Source: Bdellovibrionales bacterium
GTDB lineage: Bacteria > Bdellovibrionota > Bdellovibrionia > Bdellovibrionales > JAGQZY01
Reading direction: 5' to 3'
NCBI GenBank assembly: GCA_964230645.1
Contig: CAXRHT010000001.1
Span: 288,001 to 352,000, forward strand
Length of the DNA: 64,000 nt
In this document: positions 47,848-58,128 of the stretch, in pieces
Layout of the letters: the number at the start of each line of letters is the position of its first letter
Position numbering within the stretch: position 1 is the stretch's first letter
Translations under genes and position numbers: made by a program
The notes under the pieces: generated by a model
What the model was told of the DNA's origin: nothing
The model's input: only the letters and a program-made list of their open reading frames with translations
Databases searched by the model: none

Positions 47848-49233
47848 CTAAGTGCGGCCAAAAAGTTCGATTAACTGATCAAGCTCTTCTTGAAATTCAA
47901 AAGTCAGAGCCTCCACTCCACGGTAAGCCATGGTGAGATAAACGATATTCGCTGCACTGGTTTCCGTGATTGAAACCGAGACATCACTGGCTGGAAGGGT
48001 AAATAGATCATGAGGGCGACCTCTTGAACCAGCGTGAGTGAAAGCCAAAGACTTCCCTACGGGCACAAGGCCCGCCATATTTATAAGAAAAACGATATTG
48101 GCTCTTCTTTGTTGGGAATGACTTTGAGCTCGTGTCAAAATACCTTCTGAAAAACTCTGGTCTCCAAACAGTTGTCGACCGGCCTGTAGAGATTGTGCGG
48201 CTAAGCGAGAGTCAAGAAAACCTCTTCTCGCACCCCACATGCCATCAGCCAAGGCTGGAGCACACACTAGTAAGGCCGGAAGTGTCCCAAGGCCTGACCA
48301 GATTCCAACACCACAAATAACAGAGGTCGCAAATCCAACACCGATGGAAGAGCGCACTCTTCTTGTTTGTTGGTTTTTTAAATCACTCCAGGCGTTGCAA
48401 AAGCTTCTTTTTACGGTGGTATCATTTTCAGTTTGGATGATGGCCTCGATTTGATCAGGAAAGTTAACAAGCCCCATCTCATGGTCTCTCAGAGTGAGGT
48501 TTGGATAACTCCAAAATCCGCGACGATGACGTGTCTGCAACCCTTGAATGGTCTGAATAAAGTCTTCATTAAATTGGATCAGGCGATCAAAAGCGGGCAA
48601 TATTCCTTCAAAGCTCTCTGTGTCTTCTTCGTCAAGGAAAGCCAACAGCGGATTCATATAGTTTAGATTTTCAGAGACCGATTGAAAATAGGCCCTTACA
48701 TTTTCAATAATTACAGGCAATCTTTCCTCAGGTAATGCTAGTGCGGTTTTGACAAAGACATGAATCCACAAGCGCACAATTTTCTGTTCCTCTTGTGCAG
48801 AGAAACGAAAGCCTCTTAAATTTGTGCGAGCCACTTGTTGAGCGTGTATATAGTCATTTTGAATCCAAACAAGGAGCTCACCCACTGTTCTTGGAGAGCG
48901 AATTCCTCCTTGCATCGCACGGGGGCGTTCAGCCAAAGCCCGGGTCAATTTGGCCATTTGAAACTGTTCCCTTATCGAATTTAAAAATGAACCTTTAAAC
49001 TCAAGGCAGCTCTCATCAGAGCAGCGACTAAAGTCCTCTACTACATTTTCGATACTCTCAATAGCATCACCGGCCTGATCGATCAGCTGAGCCTTGGTCC
49101 TATTCAGAAGGGCCTCACGTTGTGATTCCGTACTAGGCTCGTAAGAGAAAGAATCACAGACCGACTCGGTTTGCGCCATCAAAACCAGCGGAAATAAAAA
49201 TGTGAAAACAGTTAAAATCTTTTTAAGCCCCAT
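47848..49233 (-). CDS. Secreted or membrane hypothetical protein
   Basis: Signal peptide, helical N-part and a Gly/Ala-rich hydrophobic hairpin near the C-terminus. Confidence 0.65.
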   Translation of the reverse strand: MGLKKILTVFTFLFPLVLMAQTESVCDSFSYEPSTESQREALLNRTKAQLIDQAGDAIESIENVVEDFSRCSDESCLEFKGSFLNSIREQFQMAKLTRALAERPRAMQGGIRSPRTVGELLVWIQNDYIHAQQVARTNLRGFRFSAQEEQKIVRLWIHVFVKTALALPEERLPVIIENVRAYFQSVSENLNYMNPLLAFLDEEDTESFEGILPAFDRLIQFNEDFIQTIQGLQTRHRRGFWSYPNLTLRDHEMGLVNFPDQIEAIIQTENDTTVKRSFCNAWSDLKNQQTRRVRSSIGVGFATSVICGVGIWSGLGTLPALLVCAPALADGMWGARRGFLDSRLAAQSLQAGRQLFGDQSFSEGILTRAQSHSQQRRANIVFLINMAGLVPVGKSLAFTHAGSRGRPHDLFTLPASDVSVSITETSAANIVYLTMAYRGVEALTFEFQEELDQLIELFGRT

Positions 49234-49385
49234 AGCAGCTTCACCTCACAGTTTTATTGGAAGCATTTTTAGGGCCATTTGTATTATTTAAAATTCACTT
49301 GGTATTTTATGGACTTGAAATGTTTTCACGAGTGTAAAAGGTAACATTTTGGGGCACAGGATGGCTCCCAAATGACAATAATGGG

Positions 49386-50258
49386 CTATTCCTTTGAAAG
49401 CCGCCATTGCGGGTCCATTAAAACCTTATAATCCTCTCCATTCAAACGAAAAGACAAAGACTGAGCATGTAGCATGAGACGCGGAGCCGATCTTTTAGAG
49501 CCATAGACCGAATCGCCTAAAATTGGATAGCCCCTGTGGCTCAGTTGAACCCTCAGCTGATGAGTTCGACCGGTTTTGGGCCGACAAAGAATAAGGTTAT
49601 ACTCATTAACTCTCCTTTCCAGCAATTCAAACTCTGTAATGGCTTGATCCCCTCCCTCAGAAACCTCAAAAGAAAATTTTCTTTTACTGGATTTCGCCCG
49701 AGCAATCTTGTCTTCTTGAGTCCAATGCTGGGGAGGGCTTTTTTCACCGGGCTCCGTATAGCAAAGGTACTCTTTTTGGATTTTTCTATTTTTGAAGAGA
49801 TCAGAGATGGGTTTATTTAAACTGCGTTTTTTTGACATTAAAACAAGACCAGAAGTTCCACGATCTAAACGATGATGAAGACCAACATAGGGAAGGTCTT
49901 TAGGGAACTTTTTCTCCAAAACAAAGTGATAGCGGACGTTTTCATAAAGGTTTTCCTCAAAGGCTTTGAAAGTCGCTTGAGTGGGCAGACCTGCTGGTTT
50001 ATTGAGAATCAGCCACCCAACCTCTTCACGGACGATTTCAATTTGAGGTTTTTTCCCTTTTCGGTTCACCAATAATATCTTTGAGCGAGGCTTGATGTTC
50101 GCCTTCCACTGATCCCAACGTTTATTGTTAACATAGAGAGCCCAGTTTTTTGGCTCATAGGTTTGGTTGGTTTTTTCAATATGTTTTTGAGCCAAATTCT
50201 CGGCAGGAGTCCATTGTTCTGGGGATTTGGCTTCAATAAAATAAATGGGGCGATTCAT
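49386..50258 (-). CDS. RluA-family RNA pseudouridine synthase
   Basis: Motifs NKPAGL, HRLDRGTSG, TGRTHQLRV, PILGD-x-x-YG and LHA. Confidence 0.93.
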   Translation of the reverse strand: MNRPIYFIEAKSPEQWTPAENLAQKHIEKTNQTYEPKNWALYVNNKRWDQWKANIKPRSKILLVNRKGKKPQIEIVREEVGWLILNKPAGLPTQATFKAFEENLYENVRYHFVLEKKFPKDLPYVGLHHRLDRGTSGLVLMSKKRSLNKPISDLFKNRKIQKEYLCYTEPGEKSPPQHWTQEDKIARAKSSKRKFSFEVSEGGDQAITEFELLERRVNEYNLILCRPKTGRTHQLRVQLSHRGYPILGDSVYGSKRSAPRLMLHAQSLSFRLNGEDYKVLMDPQWRLSKE

Positions 50259-50281
50259 CCGCTCACCTGCATATATCAGTT

Positions 50282-52105
50282 TTATTGGCTTTCGCTATAA
50301 AAGATCTCATAAGCCTTTTCAAAGGCTTCACTAAACCCCTGCTTACGATCGGCCACCATATCCACCTTGATGTCAGGAATCACTCCTCGGTCTTCTATAA
50401 ATTCCCCACTGGCAGTAATCACCAAAGACTCTGTTAAAGCAATTCCCATTTTGCCAACTGGTGAAAGGCCATGCTGAACGACATTGCCACCACCACCCAT
50501 GGAGCGCTGACCAATAACATGCCCCATTTCATTGTCTTGAAAGGTAGCTGTGAAAATCTCACACATGGATACACACATCTCGTTTATGAGGACTACGATC
50601 TTAACATCTCCGGAAAGGCCATAGCCAGGGTTCTGTAGAAAGAAGGGGTCCATGACTTTGACAGAAATGGGACGTGAGAGTCTTTTACCCTGCGCTAAGT
50701 CCTCTTCAAAATGCCCAACCACCTGGTCGGCTATTGATTTCTGGTAATCATCCTCTCCAAAAACCGCCTGACTCTTAAAAGTATTCATCCAATTGTTGTT
50801 TAGGCGAAACTGCAAAGAGGGATAATTGAGGCCTTTTTTACGAAGCAGATTTAACATTCTCATTCCATGAACTAAGGACCCTCCGGTATTATCGACCAAA
50901 TCGATCACCACGTTTTTTATGCCCTTATCCTCGATTGCCGTAATAGCTCGGTTCCATTCTGTCAGCATTTTATCATTGGCCGGAAAGTTACTGACTTGTA
51001 AGTAGGCAAATTCACGCTCCGATTTAGTTTTGACAAGTTTGGCCTTAAAAAGTGGCTTAAACATAAGATCATCAACCGTTTCGGCTCCGGGGATCGTCCG
51101 TTTTTTTAAACTCTGATCAAACTTAGCTCCTAAATCTAGGTTTCCTCTAAAAATGGAGTTCATCAGGGGATTGATATGTTGAACTTGAAAACCTGTTTGA
51201 ATCAAATGTTGCAAACGTTTTGCTACCATTTCCACAGGAAACTCAAAGCTTTCCAAAAGTGCGCTCAATGACTCGTAACCAAGGAAGCGATGCACGAGCG
51301 GATTAGAGACTGAAATAACATTGACGGGAGTGAGCCTCTCTTCTGGAAAGGCTGACTCTTCGCCATTACCAGTCTCTTCAGAGTTCTCTTTTTTTTGTTT
51401 TTGCAGAAAGCTCAACAAATCCTCACGAATCCAGGGCAACTCGATTTCAAATCGAACGTCCCCCCTTAAAACCTCCAACTCAATGCTTGAGTCCTCGGGA
51501 AGCTTCATATCGGTTGAAGTGCGCATCGGGAAGTGAAAGGCTGCGGTTGTCAGATTGGTTTCTTCTTGTCCTACGTCAATAAACGGGACGATGGATGCTT
51601 CTAAATACTCTTCGACACTCTCCCCATTAATAGAGAAAATAAGATCGTCTTCCACCAGTGGCGCTCCGCCATTATCGGCCCCCTTGAGGCGGGATACAAT
51701 TTTCAGGGCATTGATCGACTCCCCTTCTAATTCGATCTTTGTTCGTAAAGTTAAAAACCCAAGGTGAGCCACTTGGGCGTATTCTGGTAAAAAGCCACTG
51801 TTGACTTGCAAAGCCATAATATGAGCATCTTTGAAGCGATGAACGCATTGTTGAAAGAGAGTTAAGAACTCCTGATTGTTCATGTCTTCTTCGGCTTTTT
51901 TCAGACAGCTCTCTTTGACTTCTTCAAAGTCGACGGCAAAATTTTTCTTTTTTAATGATAGAGGCGCATAGTTTTGTTCGAAGATAGCAAACGCCCAATT
52001 AAGGTCCGCTTTTCTTTCTTTTTCAGTCATTTGATTGATCGGTAAACTACAGCCTGCAGAGAAAATAAATATCCCTGAGATAACGATGAGCCCTATGAGT
52101 CTCAT
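50282..52105 (-). CDS. S41-family (CPAF-like) peptidase lipoprotein
   Basis: Lipobox SAGC and motifs NYAP, DAH, DLVDNTGG, CVSMCE, GQRSMGGGG and IEDRGVIPD. Confidence 0.8.
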   Translation of the reverse strand: MRLIGLIVISGIFIFSAGCSLPINQMTEKERKADLNWAFAIFEQNYAPLSLKKKNFAVDFEEVKESCLKKAEEDMNNQEFLTLFQQCVHRFKDAHIMALQVNSGFLPEYAQVAHLGFLTLRTKIELEGESINALKIVSRLKGADNGGAPLVEDDLIFSINGESVEEYLEASIVPFIDVGQEETNLTTAAFHFPMRTSTDMKLPEDSSIELEVLRGDVRFEIELPWIREDLLSFLQKQKKENSEETGNGEESAFPEERLTPVNVISVSNPLVHRFLGYESLSALLESFEFPVEMVAKRLQHLIQTGFQVQHINPLMNSIFRGNLDLGAKFDQSLKKRTIPGAETVDDLMFKPLFKAKLVKTKSEREFAYLQVSNFPANDKMLTEWNRAITAIEDKGIKNVVIDLVDNTGGSLVHGMRMLNLLRKKGLNYPSLQFRLNNNWMNTFKSQAVFGEDDYQKSIADQVVGHFEEDLAQGKRLSRPISVKVMDPFFLQNPGYGLSGDVKIVVLINEMCVSMCEIFTATFQDNEMGHVIGQRSMGGGGNVVQHGLSPVGKMGIALTESLVITASGEFIEDRGVIPDIKVDMVADRKQGFSEAFEKAYEIFYSESQ

Positions 52106-52369
52106 GATCCCCCCTTATTTTTCTTTCTCAGATGTGCGACTTTTTCAAAAGTCACGAGTCCCAATTTCTCATCCTCGAAATTCGGCCGAGAATGTCAAAA
52201 TCATCTCAAAATAACAAGATCTTTTTCCTAATAAATTAAAATGGGACTCAAGCCTCAGTGAGCCTCCTAGAAGGGCTTTTAAAAGACTCTTGGACTAAAA
52301 GTTTTTATAATTTTAAGCAAGCTTGACTTATTGCAATAATCTCAGCCTTCAATATGACTGGATTTATAA

Positions 52370-53869
52370 TCAAAGCTCGATTTGATTTTTTTCCTGCTCT
52401 TCTAAAAACAAAGTCATTGCTTGTACGATTTGCCCGGAGCCTCCGCTGGCTCCATAAACACCTGTGGCAGAATCCACCCAAGCGTATATATCAAAATGGG
52501 CCCAGGGAACTCCATTCACGAAATGCTCAAGGAAAAGAGCGGCGGTGATGGCTCCACCATAACCATTGGTGGCATTCACAAGATCGGCAACATCCGAACG
52601 TAAGCGCAACTTCTCTTCTGGCACTAAAGGCATGCGCCAAAACACATCGCCCCTTTTTTGTCCCGTTTTTAATAAAGATTCTGCCAAGTTGTCACTGTTA
52701 CTAAAAAGACCGGGGGTATTGCCCCCAAGTCCATGTTTTATAGCTCCTGTGAGCGTCGCTATATCAATGACCAATTGTGGTTTTTTCTCTGTGGCTAAGG
52801 TGAGCGCATCAGCCATCACCAATCGCCCTTCCGCATCGGTGTTGTGAATTTCTACACTGAGGCCATTGCGAGCTGTGATCACATCACTGGGTCGGAAAGA
52901 CTCCGTTCCCACGGCGTTCTCAGCAATAGCAAAGTAAAAATCACAGTTAATTTTTGGTTGAGCGTTAGCGACCCATAAAGCAGTCCCTGCCACTGAGGCC
53001 GAGCCTCCCATATCTTTTTTCATCAAGCGCATACCTTGAGAAGGCTTGATATCAAGGCCTCCGGCATCGAAGGTGATTCCTTTACCCACAAACGCGTAGG
53101 GTTTTTGAGACTTACCACCATTGCGATACTGGATGTGAACCAAATGAGGCTCTTGGCTAGCAGCTTGTCCGACAGCCACATGCAAGCCCATTTTTTCTTT
53201 TTTGAGCCGCTGCATGTTCCAGGTTGTTACTTTTGTCTTCGCCTTGTTTCGGAAAACATTTTTTAAAAGATCGGCATAATTTTTTGGCTGCAGAACGTTC
53301 GGTGGAAGGTCCACCAGATACCGAGCAAAGTTAACCGCTTCACCGAGTTTCGAAGCCTTTTCAATGAGTGTTTTATCATTCTTAATCGAGCTTTTTAAAC
53401 TGACCTTAAAGGGATTTTCTTTTTTCTGGGGCCATACTTTTTTAAAATGATAGCGGGCCATCTCCATTCCCACACAAAGACCCACAAACTCCTCTTCGCT
53501 CTCGCCGATATACTCTACCGAAACTGACTTAAGAGGAGTGCTAATAATTTGTCGAAAACAAGTGCCCACCAAGTCGCGCGCCATGGTGTAGGGAGAGGCG
53601 GCAAAGAGACCATAGTGACTATTGGCCTCTACGGTTTTCATCTGTAACAACCAGATGTCATTTTTATTATCATTCCAACTGACAACAGAAGACTTACTTT
53701 TTATTTTCTCTTTGAGGTGGCTAGGTGCGGACTGACTTAGGCTTGAAGGAACTTTTTGTTCGCGGCCAATCACAATGACTTTCACATGGGGGCCTTGTTT
53801 TCCTGTGGACCCCTGGGTTTTGGATTTTAACCAAGAAAGTTGATCGTAGCTGCCAAAGTTTTCGCTCAT
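52370..53869 (-). CDS. M17 leucyl aminopeptidase family protein
   Basis: Motifs GKGITFDAGG, MKKDMGG, NTDAEGRL and ATLTGA. Confidence 0.93.
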   Translation of the reverse strand: MSENFGSYDQLSWLKSKTQGSTGKQGPHVKVIVIGREQKVPSSLSQSAPSHLKEKIKSKSSVVSWNDNKNDIWLLQMKTVEANSHYGLFAASPYTMARDLVGTCFRQIISTPLKSVSVEYIGESEEEFVGLCVGMEMARYHFKKVWPQKKENPFKVSLKSSIKNDKTLIEKASKLGEAVNFARYLVDLPPNVLQPKNYADLLKNVFRNKAKTKVTTWNMQRLKKEKMGLHVAVGQAASQEPHLVHIQYRNGGKSQKPYAFVGKGITFDAGGLDIKPSQGMRLMKKDMGGSASVAGTALWVANAQPKINCDFYFAIAENAVGTESFRPSDVITARNGLSVEIHNTDAEGRLVMADALTLATEKKPQLVIDIATLTGAIKHGLGGNTPGLFSNSDNLAESLLKTGQKRGDVFWRMPLVPEEKLRLRSDVADLVNATNGYGGAITAALFLEHFVNGVPWAHFDIYAWVDSATGVYGASGGSGQIVQAMTLFLEEQEKNQIEL

Positions 53870-53965
53870 GAAATCCTCGCTTTTGAGTATGTGAACAGAC
53901 TTTCAGAGCTTACACAAAGGCCTTCACCTCGGCAAGAAGCACCCGGGGCACCCCCACAATCACCT

Positions 53966-54286
53966 TTAAACTGGGTAAACTTTAGGCAATGGAATCACCT
54001 CCGGCCCCATGACATAACTCCTGGGGTTTGTGATCTCCACCCATTGATCCCCAATTTTTTGGCCATAAAGGAAGTATTCAACAAACAGAGTTTTTTGACA
54101 TGGCTGGACGTACAAGAGCCCCGACCCTCTAAGCCCTGATTCGTACCCATTGATTAGGAGGCTCATGTCCTCTTGTTCATTAACAAAGAATACTTGGTGT
54201 TGGTTTTGATCCTGGAGCTGACCAAAGCCTCCGCAAGACTTCCTGCGACTCATTAAAATTAATAAAATAAAAATTATTTCAATCAT
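53966..54286 (-). CDS. Small hypothetical protein
   Basis: ORF with an N-terminal hydrophobic stretch filling an intergenic gap. Confidence 0.45.
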   Translation of the reverse strand: MIEIIFILLILMSRRKSCGGFGQLQDQNQHQVFFVNEQEDMSLLINGYESGLRGSGLLYVQPCQKTLFVEYFLYGQKIGDQWVEITNPRSYVMGPEVIPLPKVYPV

Positions 54287-54510
54287 GCTATCCCTAGTCC
54301 GAAATGTTCCGGGCAAGTTAACAGGAATTTTTTCTTTTTCTAGAGTCCATTTTCATAACTAGACCTTGATCCTGAAAAATGCCTCATTTTCCAACAACTG
54401 GAGCGTTATAAAGGGCGGATGAGCGGGCTGGAGGCCCATTTTAAAGAAGTGACAAGTCTAGCAACATTTGCTTAAGTGGTGGCTTCCAAACCGAGGCAAG
54501 GAGACCAGCG

Positions 54511-55407
54511 ATGATCAAGATTCTAATCTCATTTGTGTTTTTATTCCCAATTTTGGCTCAAGCCACCAATGTTTTCGTGGCCCCCGTTCAGGGAACTAAC
54601 TTGAGTCAGGAAGAGAGCCGAGGTTACCGAGAACTCATTAAGCTCGCCGTACAAAAGGAGTCCGATTACAATCTTGTCGACTCTATTGATGAAGCAAACA
54701 TTTATTTGCAAGCCAAAGTCATTCACGTCAATACCTACACCCTTTTTATTTCTAAAGGTCAGGGCAATCAAACCATTGCACAGAAACAGTGGAAAGCGGA
54801 AAACTCTAACGAACTCGAGGCTCTGATTGATTCTTCCGTAACAGAAATCCTTAACACTGAAACAAATGAAGAACAGGCCGTCCTCTACGAAAACAAAAAA
54901 AGCTTAGGAGAACAAGCCGAGGAAAAGAAAGCCCGAAGTAATTTCGAACGCGTCCCCGCTAGGAGACAGGTCTCCTTAGGTTTTGGCCCCGCCTACTTTT
55001 CCAATATGCAAAGCCCTGGAACAGGGATCGGAATCAATGCCGGCTACTTATGGAATATCGATGACCACTTTGACCTGGGCCTACAATCCGACTTTGCCAT
55101 TTCAACCCAACATGCTGATGCCTACTTCTTCAGCGGTAAGATTCTCACCAATTACTTTTTTTCTACCAATGACATAAGTCCCTTCCTCGGCGCTGGTTTT
55201 GGTTACGGCTTTGCCAGCGCTCACGATCGTCCCACAATCGATGATAGCAACTCCAGTGGATTTGCGGTTGGCCTTCATGCGGGAGTTAAATTTTTCAGAA
55301 CTTCCACTGTGAATTTGGCTGTGTCCGGTGAGTACAACCGAATTTTTGACGACAACACATTGGGACAACCTAGTGTTTTCATGTTGAAGGTGGCTCTGCA
55401 CTACTAG
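54511..55407 (+). CDS. Outer-membrane beta-barrel protein with an N-terminal periplasmic domain
   Basis: Signal peptide, alpha/beta N-domain, SPFLGAGFGYG-type strands and a terminal Y; AAGGAG RBS. Confidence 0.7.
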   Translation: MIKILISFVFLFPILAQATNVFVAPVQGTNLSQEESRGYRELIKLAVQKESDYNLVDSIDEANIYLQAKVIHVNTYTLFISKGQGNQTIAQKQWKAENSNELEALIDSSVTEILNTETNEEQAVLYENKKSLGEQAEEKKARSNFERVPARRQVSLGFGPAYFSNMQSPGTGIGINAGYLWNIDDHFDLGLQSDFAISTQHADAYFFSGKILTNYFFSTNDISPFLGAGFGYGFASAHDRPTIDDSNSSGFAVGLHAGVKFFRTSTVNLAVSGEYNRIFDDNTLGQPSVFMLKVALHY

Positions 55408-55511
55408 CTTCGCCCCTACCTTTAAGAGCGACTGATAAAAATGATTTTTAGGCCTTTAAATCCATAGGCTCTAGACCAGAAAGGTCTCTTACAATAAAAA
55501 CCGGCTTTTAC

Positions 55512-56297
55512 TCACGAAGGCTTCGAGGCTTCTTTTTTGTGATCTTTGGTCATCTCCCACAACTTGAAATAGCGAAGCATCCAGCCGACTCCATCGAAAA
55601 AGGCTGCGAAAAATCCTGGGATCCCGTCGCGAATCCCCCCTTTTACAAGCCAACGCCTGAAGACTCGGGAGAAGGGTTTAAAAAATAAAAATTTTAGAGA
55701 ATTGGAAAAACTGGGGCGCACACCTTTTTTATAAAGGTGTCCGGCTTCAAAGCTGCTATAAAAATCCATTTTTTTTAAAAATTGAGAAATGGTTAAATAA
55801 GGATAGTGAAGCATTGGGTTTTCGAGATACTCGATCGGGCCATCGATTTTCAAACTTTCATGGACATGCTCGTTAGGAAAACGGCCTTCGCCTTTTTTAA
55901 ACAAGCGAAGTTGATAATCGGGATACTGACCGCCGTATCTTAACCAAGTGCCAAAAAAATGGTTGCGGCGAGGCAATTTGAAAGCACTCGCCGAGGTGAC
56001 TGAGAGCTTATGGTTAACCTCGTCGATCAAAGGTTTTTCGAAGCGTTCATCAGGATCCACATAAAAAATCCAGTCCCCTTGGGCCTGCTCCATAGCGTAA
56101 GATTTATTCACATTGAGGTTCATATTGTTGGGTCGTCTGAATACACGACACCCCAGTGATTCGGCCAACTCGTAGGAATTATCCTCGCTCTCACAATCCA
56201 CGTAAATCACTTCATCTCCCCATTTTAGAAGCTCTGGTATTAACTCCTTGAGATGATAGGCTTCATTGTGACCAATGCAGGTGAGAGATAACTTCAT
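55512..56297 (-). CDS. Glycosyltransferase family 2 (WaaE/KdtX-like)
   Basis: Motifs NEA, VD-x-x-S-x-D, WIFYVDPDE, PDYQLRLF, VHE and DGIPG. Confidence 0.88.
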   Translation of the reverse strand: MKLSLTCIGHNEAYHLKELIPELLKWGDEVIYVDCESEDNSYELAESLGCRVFRRPNNMNLNVNKSYAMEQAQGDWIFYVDPDERFEKPLIDEVNHKLSVTSASAFKLPRRNHFFGTWLRYGGQYPDYQLRLFKKGEGRFPNEHVHESLKIDGPIEYLENPMLHYPYLTISQFLKKMDFYSSFEAGHLYKKGVRPSFSNSLKFLFFKPFSRVFRRWLVKGGIRDGIPGFFAAFFDGVGWMLRYFKLWEMTKDHKKEASKPS

Positions 56298-56308
56298 AGA
56301 AAAAACCT

Positions 56309-57589
56309 TTAGTTAAAGCGAACCAGACAGTAATTTTTCTTACCTCTTCTTAAAATCATGAGGCTTTCAAAAAGCAAAGGAAACTCCCCACCTTCGAGGT
56401 TTTCACCCGTGAACTTTTCGTTATTTAAATAGATTGCCCCGGCTTTTATATCTTTTCTCGCTGCCCCCTTAGAAGAGCAGAGAGGACTCTCGGAGAGCAA
56501 AGTAACAAGATCCATTTCTTTGAGTCTTGATTTATCGACCTCTATTGAGGGCGCCTCACTAAAAACATCCTGCAGAAGACTTTGATCAAGCGAGCCAAAA
56601 TCTCCAGAGAATAGGGCTTCGGAAGCCTTCTTGGCTTTTGCCAATTCATTGGCCCCATGAATGAGAGTGGTTAATTCTTCGGCCAAACTATTTTGCGCTT
56701 CTCTTCTATGAGGTTCCGCAGTGAATCTTTTTTCAAGCTCTTTGAGCTCATCAAGGGGCTTAAGACTAAAAAGATAATTCATTTTCATGGCGTCAGCGTC
56801 GGCCAAACGCAAGAAATACTGGTAAAATTGATAAGGACTGGTCTTGTCTGGATCCAGCCAAACATTTCCGGCCTCCGTTTTTCCAAATTTACTTCCATCA
56901 GCTTTTGTCACCAGAGGAAAAGTCATTCCAAAACAGGCTTTTTTATTTTGATCATCGCCTTGCATACGACGGATAAAATCCACTCCAGCAGTGATATTGC
57001 CCCACTGGTCAGAGCCTCCAATTTGCAAGCGACAATCGTTTTCTTTATTCAAGTGATAGAAATCATAGGATTGTAAAAGCATATAGGAAAATTCGGTGTA
57101 GGAAATCCCCTGATCTCGGCTCTCAATGCGCGATTTCACAGAATCCTTAATAAGCATAGCGTTAACGGAAAAGTGCTTCCCTACATCTCTTAAGAAATCC
57201 AAAAAACTAAACTCTTTCATCCACTCAAAATTGTTGACCATTAGTGCCCCGGTGGATCCGTCGAAATCTAGAACTTTCTTGGCATCTGAGAATATACCTT
57301 GAATATTTTTGTCGAGAACTTCAGGAGTTAACAGGTTCCGCTCTTTACTTTTCCCACTCGGATCACCAATCATTCCTGTGGCACCGCCTAAAAGTAAAAT
57401 GGGGCGATGGCCTTTTTCTTGGAGCCTTTTCATGGTGATCAACGGTAAAAGATGACCTATATGAAGGCTATCGGAGGTGGGATCGGCCCCACAATAAAAC
57501 CGGATTCCATCTCCATTTAAAAGGTTTTTTACCTCTTCTGAGGTTTCTTGGTAGACTAAGCCCCTCTCTTTTAGCTCTTCGTAAAGCAC
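56309..57589 (-). CDS. tyrS: Tyrosine--tRNA ligase
   Basis: Motifs GADPTSDSLHIGH, GDPSG, QIGGSDQWGNI and KFGKT, plus an S4 domain. GTG start after GGAGG. Confidence 0.96.
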   Translation of the reverse strand: MLYEELKERGLVYQETSEEVKNLLNGDGIRFYCGADPTSDSLHIGHLLPLITMKRLQEKGHRPILLLGGATGMIGDPSGKSKERNLLTPEVLDKNIQGIFSDAKKVLDFDGSTGALMVNNFEWMKEFSFLDFLRDVGKHFSVNAMLIKDSVKSRIESRDQGISYTEFSYMLLQSYDFYHLNKENDCRLQIGGSDQWGNITAGVDFIRRMQGDDQNKKACFGMTFPLVTKADGSKFGKTEAGNVWLDPDKTSPYQFYQYFLRLADADAMKMNYLFSLKPLDELKELEKRFTAEPHRREAQNSLAEELTTLIHGANELAKAKKASEALFSGDFGSLDQSLLQDVFSEAPSIEVDKSRLKEMDLVTLLSESPLCSSKGAARKDIKAGAIYLNNEKFTGENLEGGEFPLLFESLMILRRGKKNYCLVRFN

Positions 57590-57675
57590 TGACCACCTCC
57601 GCAAAGGCAAAACTCTAACCTTCTCAGTTGATTTTTACAAGAAAATCAGTAATATGGGGGCAAACGAGGAGAAAT

Positions 57676-57897
57676 ATGGCTAAAGATGACCTCATCCAAA
57701 TTGATGGGACTGTGAAGGACGTAACCGGTGGTGGAAACTACAGAATCGAACTGGAAAACGGGGTGGAAATCTCAGCCAGACTTTGCGGGAAAATGAAACG
57801 CTTTAAAATTCGCGTGATTGTGGGTGACAAAGTCACTGTGGGCCTATCGCCCTACGACCCCACTCATGGTTTAATTACTTTCCGACACAAAGGTTAG
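57676..57897 (+). CDS. infA: Translation initiation factor IF-1
   Basis: MAKDDLIQIDG...GKMK...GDKV-x-V-x-LSPYD; GAGGAG RBS. Confidence 0.95.
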   Translation: MAKDDLIQIDGTVKDVTGGGNYRIELENGVEISARLCGKMKRFKIRVIVGDKVTVGLSPYDPTHGLITFRHKG

Positions 57898-58128
57898 AAC
57901 TCTCCTTTCACCCTTGTCACACCTCGTCTCCAGAGGTGTGAAAAATGAACAAACTCTCTTAAATCTTGACCAAATCCTTGCGAACAGAAGCACTATTTGT
58001 CTTATTATAACCATTCAGTTGTGAGGGTTCTCCTATCGGTCATTTAGGCCTGGTCGGCACTCTCTCAAAGTGGAAAATAAAAGCTGTGTTAGAGTCTTTT
58101 AAATTCAGCTTATATTTGGGGGGAATCG

